From Octopus vulgaris (Eukaryota), in contig OX597818.1 in assembly GCA_951406725.2 (NCBI GenBank), positions 70,308,001 through 70,372,000 of the forward strand: a stretch of 64,000 nt of DNA, written 5' to 3'. The translations under genes were made by a program, and so were the position numbers. Under the pieces are notes generated by a model that saw only the letters and a program-made list of their open reading frames with translations, was not told the origin of the DNA and did not search any database. This document shows, one piece after another, positions 39,674 to 51,791 of the stretch. Within the stretch, counting starts at the first letter, position 1; the number at the start of each line of letters is the position of its first letter.

Positions 39674-39806
39674 TGATGATGATGATGATGATGATTTCTT
39701 TTATTGGCCACAAGGTCCCAAGGCATAGAGGATTACATTAATAATAATAATAGTAATAATAATAGTAATGATAATAATAATAATAATGATAATGATAATA
39801 ATAATG

Positions 39807-39851
<45 letters not shown>

Positions 39852-40017
39852 TCGATATGAATAATACAGAAATAGATTAGAAAATAAAGACAGAGAATGC
39901 AAAAGCTTTGTTTGTTTCTGATATATAAAGCATTGTCCAATTCTTTTAGAAGCTTGTTTTGGCCAAAGTCATTCTGAATCCCTTCCTTCATTGGGAAAAC
40001 ATGTCTCCTAAAAGTTT

Positions 40018-40073
<56 letters not shown>

Positions 40074-40090
40074 TAATAATAATGGTAATC
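39140..40090. repeat. Cluster of (AAT)n/(GAT)n tracts
   Basis: Direct observation. Confidence 0.95.
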
Positions 40091-40915
40091 ATCATCATTT
40101 CACATCTGTTGTCCAGGCTGGCATGGGTTGGATGGTTTGACCAGGACTGGTAAGCTGGAAAGCTGCAGCAGAATCCAGTCTGATTTGCTATGATTTTCAG
40201 TGGCTGGATGCTCTTCCTAATGCCAACCACTATGAGAGTGTAATGGGTGCTTTTATATGCCAGTGGCATAAGTGCCATTTCTGTTACACCAATATCTGCC
40301 ATGACTGCGATTTGACTCAGCTTCCTGGGTCTTCATCTCAGGCACAACATAATGCAAAAGGTCTTGGTCATTGCCTCTGTGAGGCCCAGCACTCAGAAGG
40401 AACTCAGCCACTTTGCCTCCATGAGGCCCAATACTCGAAAGGAACTCGACCACTTTGCCTCCATGAGGCCCAACACTCAAAGGGAACTAGGCCACTTTGC
40501 TTCCATGAGGCCCAACACTCAAAAGGATCTCAGCCACTTTACCTCTGTGAGGCCCAATGCTCGAAAGGAACTCGGCCACTTTGCCTCCATGAGGCCCAAT
40601 GCTCCAACTAGGTGCAAGTTACATGATGCCAACATCAGCCATGACTTTTGTTTCATTTGGCTTGATGGGTCTTCTCAACCACAGCATATTGCCAAAGGCC
40701 TCGATCACTAGTCAATGCTTCTGTGAGGCTCAAAGTTCAAGGATCATGCTTCACCACTTCATCCCATGTCTTCCTGGGTTTACTGCTATCACAAGTCTCT
40801 TCCACAATTAGAGGTTAGCACTTCTTTACACAGCTGTCCTTGTCCCTATGCATCACATGACCATACCAGCACATTTGTCTCTCTTGCACACCACATCTGA
40901 TGCCTCTTATGCCTA

Positions 40916-40946
<31 letters not shown>

Positions 40947-42184
40947 TGATGATGATGATGATGATTTCTTTTATTGGCCACAAGGTCCCAATGCATAGAG
41001 GATTACATTAATAATAATAATAGTAATAATAATAGTAATGATGATAATAATAATAATAATGAACATGCACACTGACATTGGACATCCAGTGAAGCATACT
41101 GGCTTCATTTCTTTCAAACCTATGCATGTCCTCAGCTGTCACAGCCCATGTTTCACTGCCATGCAACATAGCTGTCCACTCACAGGCATCAAACAATCTG
41201 CCTTTCACTCTGAGAGAGAGACCCTTTTTTATCAGCTGAGGTAGGAGCTCTTTGAACTTTGCTCAGCTTAATCTTGTTCTCACTGCTATACTCTTAGAGC
41301 ATCCACCCCCACTACTAACTTGGTCACCTAGATAATAGAAGCTATCTGTTACTTCTAACTCCCCCACCTCCACCCAGCGGTTGATGGAGTCTATTTTCTG
41401 TACATTTTCATTGTTAATTGTACCTGTGCATCTTCCACTCACAAAAGCTATTTTCCCTGTTAACTTTCCTCTGATATTGCTGCGCCTTTTATATGTCCAA
41501 AGCTTACACCAGGTGCATCTTATGGAGTTTCTAGCTACACCTTTTCTACAGACATTGCTTCCATATCTGGAACTTCTTCTCTAGTTCTGGTAATGATTCA
41601 GCTTTTAGGGCAAGGTCATCAGTTTAGGGGAGCTTCCAGGGGCAGACTGTCTTGAATTCCTCTGTTTTACCTGGAAGACTATGATGAACAAGAGGGGACT
41701 AAACACAGGTCCTTGGTGAACCCTTACCTCTACTCGGAATTCTTCACTATACTCATTGCCAACCCTCACCTTACTGACAGCATCGCTGTATAGGGCTTGT
41801 ACAGCTCTTACCAACCACTCATCTATCCCCAGTTTCTGCATTGACCATCAGATAAGGGATCAGGGAACCCTGTCAAAGGCTTTCTCCAAGTCAACAATCT
41901 TTGGCTATGTATTTCTCCTGCAGCTGACTTACCAGAAATATAGCATCAGTGGTGCTTCTCTCTGGCATAAAAACCAACCTGCATCTCATCTAGGCTAACT
42001 CTCTCCCTAATTAGTTGTGCTATGACTCTCTCCCTAATTAGTTGTACTATGACTCTCTCCCTAATTAGTTGTGCTATGACTCTCTCCCTTATTTTCATCA
42101 CCTGATCCAACAATCTGATGTCTCTGTAATTATTTCTATCCAAGGCATCATCTTTACTTTTGTAGCAGTTGATGATGGTGCTGC
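40089..42184 (-). mobile_element. Older degraded RTE copy related to the 51.7-kb element, with stops, frameshifts and an internal insertion
   Basis: Minus ORFs give DWCSSTIINCYKSKDDALDRNNYRDIRLLDQVMK, KLGIDEWLVRAVQALY...VHQGPVFSPLLF and KGRLFDACEWTAMLHGSETWAVTAEDM; same 3' tail ending in (GAT)n at ~40090. Confidence 0.9.
40370..40605. repeat. 42-bp tandem repeat (~5.5 copies) in the 3' UTR of the older RTE copy
   Basis: Unit CCACTTTGCCTCCATGAGGCCCAAYACTCRAARGGAACTCRG; appears in the ORF track as a 14-aa periodicity (HFASMRPNTRKELD). Confidence 0.9.
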
Positions 42185-42204
42185 TACACCAGTCATTGGC
42201 TATA

Positions 42205-42927
42205 ACTCCTTCATGGACCACCTGATTTACAATACAAGTGACTAATAATGATAATAATAATAATAATGGTTTCAAATTTCGGCACAAGGCCAGCAATTTT
42301 GAGGAAGTGATTAAGTCAATTACATCGACCTCAGAGTTCAACTGGAGTGCTTATTTTATTGACACCAAAAGGATGAAAGGCAAAAGTTGACCTTAACAGA
42401 ATTTGAACTCAAAGCATAAAGAGGGACAAAATGCTGCTAAGAATGTTGTCCTGTGTGTTAACTGTTCTGCCAGCTTGCTACCTTAAATATAACAATAATA
42501 CTCCTTTCTACTACAGGCTCAAGGCCTGAAACTTTGAGGGGAAGGGGCTAGTTGATTACATCGACTCAGTGCATAACTGGTATTTATTTCATTGACCCCA
42601 ATATGATGACAGACAAAGTTGATGTTGGCAGAATTTGAACTCAGAACATAAGGACGGATGATATGCCACTAAGCATTTTGTCTGGCATGCTAACGAATCT
42701 GCCAGCATGCCACCTTAATATTAATGGTTTCACAGTTTGGCACAGGGCCAGTAATTCTAAGAACGGGGCATTAGTTAATTAGATCAACAGCAGTACTTCA
42801 TTGGTTGTTTATTTTATTGACATCCAAAAAAGAATTGAAAGGCAAAGTTGACCTCAACAGTATTTGAACTTAGAATAGACAGATATAGGAGAAATGCCAC
42901 TGAGCGTTTTGTCTGAGGTGCTTAGGA
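42205..42927 (-). mobile_element. Head-to-tail cluster of three Meta-like SINE copies
   Basis: Three colinear ~200-280 bp units (42205-42486, 42502-42716, 42723-42927), each with AAAGTTGA...ATTTGAACT. Confidence 0.8.
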
Positions 42928-43706
42928 TTCTGTTGGTTCACTGCCTTAATAATAATGAGAAGAAGAAGAATTATTATTATTATTATTATTATTATTATAA
43001 CCATTTCAGTTTTTTTTTCCAATATCTGACATGGCTTGATGGTTTGAGAGGATTCAATTGGATTGAAGCCCTGCATTGTGCTTTTAGTGTCTACTTTGGT
43101 ATTGCTTCTTTGGCTGGAACTCCTTCCTAATACTGACCCCTTCACAGAATATATTTGTGCTGTTTTCATGCCAGCAAAAGCAGTGAGCTTGTTAGGCAGC
43201 TTATAAATCTAGGAATCCTAAAATAGGCAGCTTTGTGCCAGGAGATGAGGGTGAAAGTATGGGAGAAGGGACCAGAACAGATCCCTTACTGTACATGATA
43301 CTCACATTTAATGTTTGGTGGGCACTTTATTTTATCAACCCTGGAAGGGATGAAAAGCAAAGTTGACCTCTGTGGGATTTGAAATCAAAATGTAGAGAGC
43401 CAGGACAAATACTGCACTTTATTCCAGTTTGCTAATAATTCTGCTAGTTTGCCAATAATAATAATAATAATGATAATAATAACAACAACACTCATGAAAT
43501 CAAGAACTCAAAAGGTGTGGGAAATTTGAAGAATGTTCAATTTCAAAATAAAGGTTATTAAAAATAAATCAGAATAAATATATATAACAAAAAAAGAGTA
43601 AAATAAAATAAGCTGGCGAAAAAAAAAAGAACAACATTGATGCAAATAAGAGAAATAAGAGGACAGATAATGCTAAAATGAATCTGCACTTGATTACTGG
43701 ATTGAA

Positions 43707-43804
<98 letters not shown>

Positions 43805-43880
43805 CATTATTATTATTATTATTATAATTATTATTATTATCATTATTATTATTATTATTATTATGATTATTATTATTATT
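43707..43880. repeat. Long (ATT)n microsatellite
   Basis: Direct observation. Confidence 0.97.
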
Positions 43881-44239
43881 GAATCTAAGATATATGAATT
43901 TTTGTTGTCATTCAGTTTTCATGAGTCGTTGGAGCACATAAAAATGTAAGCTCATTAATTTCTCAAAAGGATTGCTGTGAATATGGACATTAAGCTCATT
44001 ATTCTTGAAAAATACCTCTAAAATCTTGATGGCACCAGTTGATTAGGTCAGCTCTGACTTTGACTATCAAAGAGAAACTATTTCTGGTTTCAGTTTTCGT
44101 GCTTGTTATATTTTTAGTTTATTTTTTTATATTTTTCTTCTTTTTTCCTTAAGGTTGTTGTCATGTGACTGCGGTCATCTTTACATTATGAGTTCAATGA
44201 TATCTGATCGAATGAAACAGTTTTATTTTTGCTTTTATT

Positions 44240-44945
44240 ACTGTTGTTTAACCCCAGGTCAGTTGTGATTGAACAGAGATATGATCAAAGGCATTCTAGT
44301 TCTGACCATCCTGTCATTATCTCTTTTTCCTTTTTTTAGATTTAGTATTTCTAAGACTAGATTCTTCAATATGTGCTGCATCACCCTGCCAACAAAAGAT
44401 AATATTTGAAGGTCATTTGGCTGCTATTTCTTGAGGGGTCAGCATAGAAACTTTGTCAATTATCCATCATAAAGAGATATATAAATAGCAGCTTAAAAAC
44501 TGGTCCCTGTCACATTGGCAATGTTCTTTTCTCTTTAATTTATTATCAATTATTATTTGATATTTTCTACAAAATGTCGCATTAAAGTCATGAGTCGAAA
44601 TACACAACTGGCTGTTTGGTGGGTCTGTGAGTAGAAAAAGCTTGATATGTGTGATGTCCCAATTTGTTGAGCTTCCAATGTTTGGAAAAACAAATAATCT
44701 GGATCTGTTACCTGAAATAATTATTCTGAGCTAACAAGGGGAATTTCATACAGTTACTTGACTTTCTGCTAGAAATAGCAGCAAAATCTCCCCCACTGTA
44801 TACTGTACCATCTTTAGAAAAGCACAACATATGAATAGTGGGGTCCTATATGCACTATATCTGCAATCAGTTGGGATGGTCATAGTTGTTAGGTCTTTGA
44901 TTGAATTTATTTATTCAGGTCTCAATAACAATAGCAACAACAACA
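44240..44945. repeat. Two opposite-orientation copies of an unclassified interspersed repeat (others at ~33040-33190, 36635-36790, 55770-55935, 63925-63980)
   Basis: Shared AGAAATAGCAGCCAAAT(C/T)TCC(C/T)TCAAAT...GGATGGTCA...GATCAT...GCTAAACAAC-like blocks. Confidence 0.6.
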
Positions 44946-45189
44946 ATTTGTACTATTCGTGAAGTCTTAAAGAAGGAGCTGTAATTTTCTTCCATACTGT
45001 CAAATGGTTAATATTAGGAAGGGCAACCAGCTGTAGAAACCAGCTACATTCACTACGGAACCTGGTGTGGCTCCTGGCTTTGCCAGCTCCTCTCAAACCG
45101 TCCAGTCCATACCAGCATGGAAAACAGACGTTAAATGATGATGCTGATAATGATTCATGCTATTAAAGTAAAAACTCATCACAACAGAC

Positions 45190-45620
45190 CATCATCATCA
45201 TCATCATCGTTTAACGTCTGCTTTCTGTGCTGGCATGGGTTGGTTGGTTTGACTGAGGACTGGCAAGCCAGAAGGCTGCACCAGGCTCCAATCTGATCTG
45301 GCAAGGTTTCTACAGCTGGATGCCCTTCCTAACGCCAACCACTCTAAGAGTGTAGTGGATGCTTTTATGTGCCAACGACATGAGGGCCAGTCAGGCGGTT
45401 CTGGCAGCGACCATGCTCAAAGGTGTTTTTTATGTGCCACCTGCACGGGAGCCTGTCAGCAGCCCTGGCAACAATCACACTCGGATGGTGCTTTTAATGT
45501 TCCACTGGCACGAGTGCCAATCCAGTGATACTGTCATCGGCCACGTCAGCGATTTTATTTTCACTTGCCTCAACAGGTCTTCACAAGCAAAGTTTATTGT
45601 CCAATGAATGAAGGGTACTC
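45190..45620 (-). mobile_element. RTE 3'-UTR-only insertion
   Basis: Shares the (GAT)n tail, GGAGTGGTTGGCGTTAGGAAGGGCATCCAGCTGTAGAAAC-like core and CTTGTGAAGACCTGTTGAGGCAAGTGAAAAT block with 52744-55298. Confidence 0.85.
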
Positions 45621-45967
45621 ATAATATCAACAAAGGTGTGTATATTTGAATGAAAATTTAGATGCACAACATAGATACAAACATTGGCTATTCAACAATA
45701 TTTGCAAATATTGGATATGCAATGATATTTTCAAAATTTGATATGTTGAAATATTTTAAAGTTTTATATGTAAATATATCCAAAGTTTGAGATAGTTATA
45801 CGTAAAAGTTGCTAAATTCATAAATCCAAAATTTGATATTTGGATATATGCTATGCAAAATTTAAATACATTGATATAAGCAAGATTTTAAAATGCAGAA
45901 ATAAAAGAACTTTGGTGGTTATAAAAAGACATTCGTTCTTGTTGTCATCATCATTTAACATCCATTG

Positions 45968-46130
45968 CTTCTTGGGTCCTGTAATGATGGTAATATTGTT
46001 GATGTAGGGGCATGTGTTACATTGTCAGCGAGAACATTTAAAGGCTCCTGTTTGTTTGGAGCTAGGAGCTGTGAAGTTTCTAACAAGGAGATTTCTAAGA
46101 CTCCTTTCTTTTTTAAAAGCATGAAGCAAT
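45968..46130 (-). mobile_element. Penelope-like remnant (Cys-rich linker before GIY-YIG)
   Basis: Minus strand LLHAFKKERSLRNLLVRNFTAPSSKQTGAFKCSR*QCNTCPYINNITIITGPK matches the AFRRxxSLRDxLV...C...CxTCxxI pattern. Confidence 0.8.
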
Positions 46131-47103
46131 ATCACATAACACATCACTTTTGCTTTTTTTCATGATTTTTGATACACTGAGTGGTTACTACGACCACATA
46201 TAACCCTGACAGACAAAAAGGATGTGGTCAAAGCCAAAACTTTGAGTTTATAGAACACAGAAATGATGTTTAAATATCACCTGATAACAAATGCCTGAAA
46301 ATCTGGAGAACTACGTTGCATGGATACAGTTGTAGTGATTGCAAATAAATGTTCCTCCGCACTCCTTCTTGCTGACTCCAACTTATTCAGTTATCTATTC
46401 ACACACACTACAGAAGCCCCAACGCAAATCTGGTAATAGGCAAAATACTACTGTTAGGTGGCACTCGTTGGAATCTGAAAGTGGACAAGCTTTACACTGC
46501 ACTTAACTACATTCTTAACAGAATATAACCTAACTATATATATGTTTGGGTGTGTGTGTGTGTGTGTATTAGACTCTACTTCTTTATAGAGTATAACTTC
46601 TTGCTTATAAGCTCCAACATACACACAAATGTGCAAGTGTGTATTTGCAACCATATTTGCCACGCTATTTCAATGGCAAACGTATGAAATATTGTGCAGT
46701 ATTCAAGTTGTTTAGTTTGAGTTTGTATGAGGTGAAAGTGTCTCCACTATTCATGTGTGATAACCCCAGCATTTGTAGGTTACTACACAACAATTTTCTT
46801 ACGTTACCAAACGAAAGGAGGTGGATGGGAACAGGAACTGTTAATCGAAATTTCAAGAGTTATATTTTCTATACCAGTTCAAAAGTTCTATATAAATGTT
46901 TGTTTTCTCAGATAAATTTGATAACGTTTTCACACATTCAAGTATGCATGCTCACATGTATGAACACTTATACATCAATATTCAACATGTCAACACTGAA
47001 TTTATTGATAACATATATACATATATAAGTAGATGTTCATTTTTTTTCCTATATGTCTCTTTACAGGAAGGAACATGTGTGCATGTCTGTGTGTGTGTGT
47101 GTC

Positions 47104-47134
<31 letters not shown>

Positions 47135-47322
47135 GTGGGTATAGACATGCTTATATACATATTTGTATGGTGAAAGGTTATATGCACATATGTACATGTT
47201 TCAAGGTACAAAGGAAAGATAAAAGTACTCAAAATATGTTGTAGAGTTCAAATGAATAAATGTGTGTGTGTGTGTATATGCATGTGTGTGTGTGTATATG
47301 CATGTGTGTGTGTGTATGCATA

Positions 47323-47353
<31 letters not shown>

Positions 47354-47644
47354 AGTGATATGCATTGTTCCCCATATATGAATACACTCATAGAACTACA
47401 ACATAGCTTGTGCATGTGTATGTGTATATGTGTTTATGTTCAGGTTATGCGTGTGTGTGTGTGCGTGTGTGTGTGCATGAATGTGTATTGTATATATGCA
47501 TATGTCAAATATTGATGTCAGCACGTTAGTGTAAACAAGAGAAATGTAAATGATTACCCAATACTTAAAGCAGAGAAGAACATTTATTGAAAGGTGAAAC
47601 CTCACAAATCATTAATCATTAATCAAGCTTTTCATAATTTTTTA

Positions 47645-48030
47645 TCATCTTTTTTACTTTTGCATGTTTCAGTCACTAGACTGCGGCCATGCTGGAGCAC
47701 CACCTTAAAGGGTCTTCAGTCAAATGAATCAACCTCTGTACTTATTGATTTTTTCTTTAAGCCTCGTACTTATTCTATCGATCTCACCTGCCAAACTGTT
47801 AAGTTACAGGGACATAAACACACCAACACCAGTGGTGGGAGTGGAAAAAACAAAGACACACAAACACACACATGATGGGATTCTCTCAGTTTCTTGTCTA
47901 CCAAATCCACTCACAAGGCTTTGGTCAGTTGAAGTAGAAGACACTTGTCCAAGGTGCCATGCAATGGGACTGAACCCAGAACAATGTGGTTGGGAAGCAA
48001 ACTTCTTACCACACTGCCACACCCACACCA
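47645..48030 (-). mobile_element. Same CORE-like SINE family
   Basis: Reverse complement colinear with 7555-7938. Confidence 0.85.
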
Positions 48031-48849
48031 TGTTTATAAATGAATAAAACATAGTTCTTTAATATTTAAAGATGATTCAGAAAATTTCCCTGCATGGCAA
48101 GCACCGGTTGGTTAATATTAAATAACAGGAGATCATTATTTGTTGTTGCAAAACAGAAAATGGAAAAGAACTTTTTAGCACTGGGCTAATAAAAATGATA
48201 TTAATATTTTTGTTGTTTACTTGAAATTACTCCAAGCAGGGACTGTAAGCCATTTGTAGGCAAATGGGTAGAGGAAAGAGAGAGTGGCATTAATGGTACA
48301 GGATGTGTATGTGTGTGTGTGTGTGTTTGTCTGTGTGTTTGTGTACATACACACTTGAATATTTAATGTAGCAAATAAAAGTAGCAATAAAATAATTGTT
48401 AGAAGATTTAAATGAAATACAATGAGATGGTAATAAAACAACTGATGAAAGAATCAGTGACAATAAACCGTGGTAAATGAGGTGACAATAAAGGCGCCAA
48501 TAAAATGAAATGGTAATAAAAGAAATTATAAAATATTAAAATGAAGAAAACTGCCAAAATTAGGCAAGGTATTTGTTACCCCTAAATTTAATAAGATCAA
48601 GGTTATATTCTACATGGGAATAGTTGGGAGAAAATTCATTCCAAAATTCAACTGTTCTTGGAAATCAAATCTTTGGTTGTAGAACTGACAGCTTGTCTGA
48701 GATAACCAAGGGGCCAAGATGAAATTCATTAAATTTAGCAAACCAAGTTTTGATGTGAAATTCCTTCTCTGATTGGATCATGGAATGAAGCTCATTTGAA
48801 CACTTTCTGTGAAATGAAAATGGTAGAAAAGGTCAGATGTCAGCATTTC

Positions 48850-49280
48850 CTTGATGATTATATATGGTTGGACTGTTGATAACATCAGAAATGGGAAGGT
48901 GATTGGAGAGCTGTGAAATGGGATTCTCAAAGAGAATATTGAGGATAGCATGGACAGAGAAAGGGTTTAATGAAGAAGTGATGACCCCCTAGGTTGTGGA
49001 AAATAGGATATTGTTTTGGGAGAAAAGGGCCAAGCAACTGAGATTTCTTTGTCATGTGATGCGGAAAGAGGACCTGGAGAATTTAGAGATGGTCAGAAAG
49101 GCTGAAGGGAAAAGAAGCAGAGGAAAGAGAATGATAATATGGAGGTCAAGCTTGACGAATTGGTTGGAAGAAATAAGCGTGAAACGTCAGGAAATGGAAC
49201 TGTTAGGGAGAACAAAGAAGAGGGGATTGTGACAGGACATGATAACCTATGTCCTAAATTCTGGACATGGCACCTAGAGA
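48850..49280 (+). mobile_element. RTE (BovB-like) 3' fragment, second RTE family
   Basis: LESCEMGFSKRILRIAWTEKGFNEEVM...QLRFLCHVMRKEDLENL...EGKRSRGKR. Confidence 0.85.
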
Positions 49281-50019
49281 ATGAAGAATTTCGAAAAGTC
49301 AGAGGTCATGTTATCATTACAAAATGGCTTAAAGCAGCATGCCAGGCAAAATGCTCGGCAGAGTTTCATCTGACTTTACACTCATCAAGATCGACTTTGC
49401 CTTCCATCATTTCTGGCTTGTGCACTGGGGTTGGTGCACTCAACTTATTTCCCCACTGAAATTCCTGGCCTTGTGTCAAAACTCGAAACCATTACTACAA
49501 CATGACCATTTGTCTTCTTGAGAGGAAGGAACTGGGCTTTAATGAACCTGCTTATGGATGAAATAGTTTAGAAATGCTGTTTGATGTTGATACAATTAAA
49601 CCATTCCATTACTGAAACACTATTATTCTGTAATGGGAATGAAGTCGCTGCCTTGTTTTCTTCTTCTTGTAAGTATATTAGCATGTCAAATGACCTTGCT
49701 GTCTTACTTTTAACAGGATTACGGTTTAGGGTTAGTATTTGAAACCAAGCTTTTTAACTTAGTAAAAGGAATGAATACTAAGGAAGTTCAAAACAACTTT
49801 AAATAAGAACCTGTCATTTTAAAAAATACATTTATTTGTCACTGGACAAAAAAAAAAGATCTGAGATCTGTATGGAATAGACAGAAACAAACAGACACAA
49901 CAGATAAGTACATCAACAGATGTAATTTCATAAAGCTTGAAGCCAAAAACATTGCCAGTAGCATTGAAATAGATAAGAGATAACAGAGTTGAATATTTAG
50001 CCTTAAGTAAACTCTGCAT

Positions 50020-50420
50020 TACATTCATTCAAGGACCAGAAAGACAATTGTATTAGTAACCCTAAATGCAAGTTAATTAGCACTGGCAAAATTAAGTTAG
50101 GTGTAGTTAGCAAGAACATCTTAGATTATATCAGATGTAGAACAACAAAAGTAATGTTGCCTTCTTATACAGAAAAAATGTATCTGTAACGGAATAGATT
50201 AATGATATCAATGAGAAAGCATACGGCAAATGTATGCAACTGGATGTAATTGAATTTTATTCTGGTACAAGTAAATTTTTTCTTCATAGAAACCTTAAGT
50301 TTTTTCTAGCAATATCCTACAGATTAATGAAACAAGATCTTATCAATATATTCATACTTTTAAGAAACAGAAAGAATACTCAGCAGCATTTTCTAAATAT
50401 ATTTGGTCTTTGAAAGATGC
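50020..50420 (+). mobile_element. Internally deleted Penelope-like remnant (RT and endonuclease pieces)
   Basis: FKDQKDNCISNPKCKLISTGKIKLGVVSKNILD, KCMQLDVIEFYSG (RT motif A-like) and AAFSKYIWSLKD. Confidence 0.75.
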
Positions 50421-50635
50421 AAAGTTTGTTGCTTTAAAAACCTAACAAGGTATTTCTGAGTCCCACCAATCCTTTAATATTGTAATCATTGTCATTCATG
50501 TTTGAGCTGAAGCTTCGTTTAAATAAGATGAGGATAATTCAGAGAATAACTCATCAGAATTTTTTTTTTTTCTCTTGAAGCCCTTTTTTGCTCTTTGCTT
50601 TCATATTCCCAAATGAATAAAATTGTCATAATAAT

Positions 50636-51013
50636 TTTGTTATCTTTTACCTGCTTCAATCATTAGACTGTGGCCATGCTGAAGCACCACCTTGAAGAAT
50701 TCTAGTCGAATTAATCCTACTAATTATTTTTTAAACCTGGTACTTATTCTATCAGTCTCTTTTGCCAAACCGTTAAGTTATAGGAAAGTAATCACACCCA
50801 CACCAGTTGTAAAGCAGTGGAGAGGGACAAACACACATACACACACACATAACAGGCTTCTTTCAGTTTCCATCTAAAACATCCACTCAAAAGGCTTTGT
50901 TTGTCCTAAGGCTATAGTAGTAAATACTTGCCCAAGGTGCCATGCCATAGCACTGAACTTGGAGTGATATGGTTTAGAAAGAAACTCCTTACCCCACAGT
51001 CACGTCTGTGCCT
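50636..51013 (-). mobile_element. Same CORE-like SINE family
   Basis: Reverse complement colinear with 7555-7938. Partial copies also at ~3565-3720, 9490-9630, 28560-28670, 32530-32660, 38390-38540 and 56745-56830. Confidence 0.8.
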
Positions 51014-51791
51014 ATAACATTTTACCTTTGCTTTACTAAGATCAGGACTTCTTAATCCTTAACCCTGACCCTTGCATTTCTTAATTGTTGCTTATTGCTT
51101 CTTATACACATAAACTCTGGCTTTTATCAGGTATTTTGTCACTCATATTATATTTCTTTATACAGACTATTGTCATGAAATTATTTTACAGCTTTAGTGC
51201 TAAGATGACCCCGCCACAAACCCTTTCTCAAACAAAGAATAAGGGTGGTGGTGGTGTTGTAAGCCAATAATATTGCTTTGTTATTTCCCATCTACAAGCC
51301 AGTCAGTGCTTGACATGCTATTCCAAATTTTACGAATGTTTTTTTAAATATGAAATCTATTTTGGTTGATAGGTTTAACATGTCACCCAGTTTAATACCA
51401 CCCTCTGGCCCTTCGTTGGCCTTTTGTAGATTCCAGACCAGCTTGATGCCTGCCACTGGTTTCTAAAGCCTTGCAAAAGGAGCTGTGGGCCCAACCCTTC
51501 TTCTAAGTCACAACCCCAAAACAGAACATTTTTTTTTCCTAATTCTCCAAAGCTCAACATTGAAAAACTCAGAGTAACAACATTTGTTACAACTCAGAGT
51601 TTTCCATTTTGTCTTTTCCTCACAACAGAAATTTAAATTTTTATTTATTTTTTTAATTAACAGGTTTGTTTTATTTTTATTTTGTACAGTGAAGAATTCC
51701 GGGTAGAGGTTGGGGTCCACCAAGGTTCAGTCCTCAGTCCCCTCCTATTTATCATAGTCCTCCAGGCAATAACGGAGGAATTCAAGACAGG

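Noticed and set aside
40243-40711. ORFs with 14-aa repeats
   Set aside because: Translation of the 42-bp UTR tandem repeat, antisense to the RTE.
51373-51510. GC-richer island with possible exon borders on either strand
   Set aside because: No consistent frame or strand could be chosen and no motif was confidently recognised.
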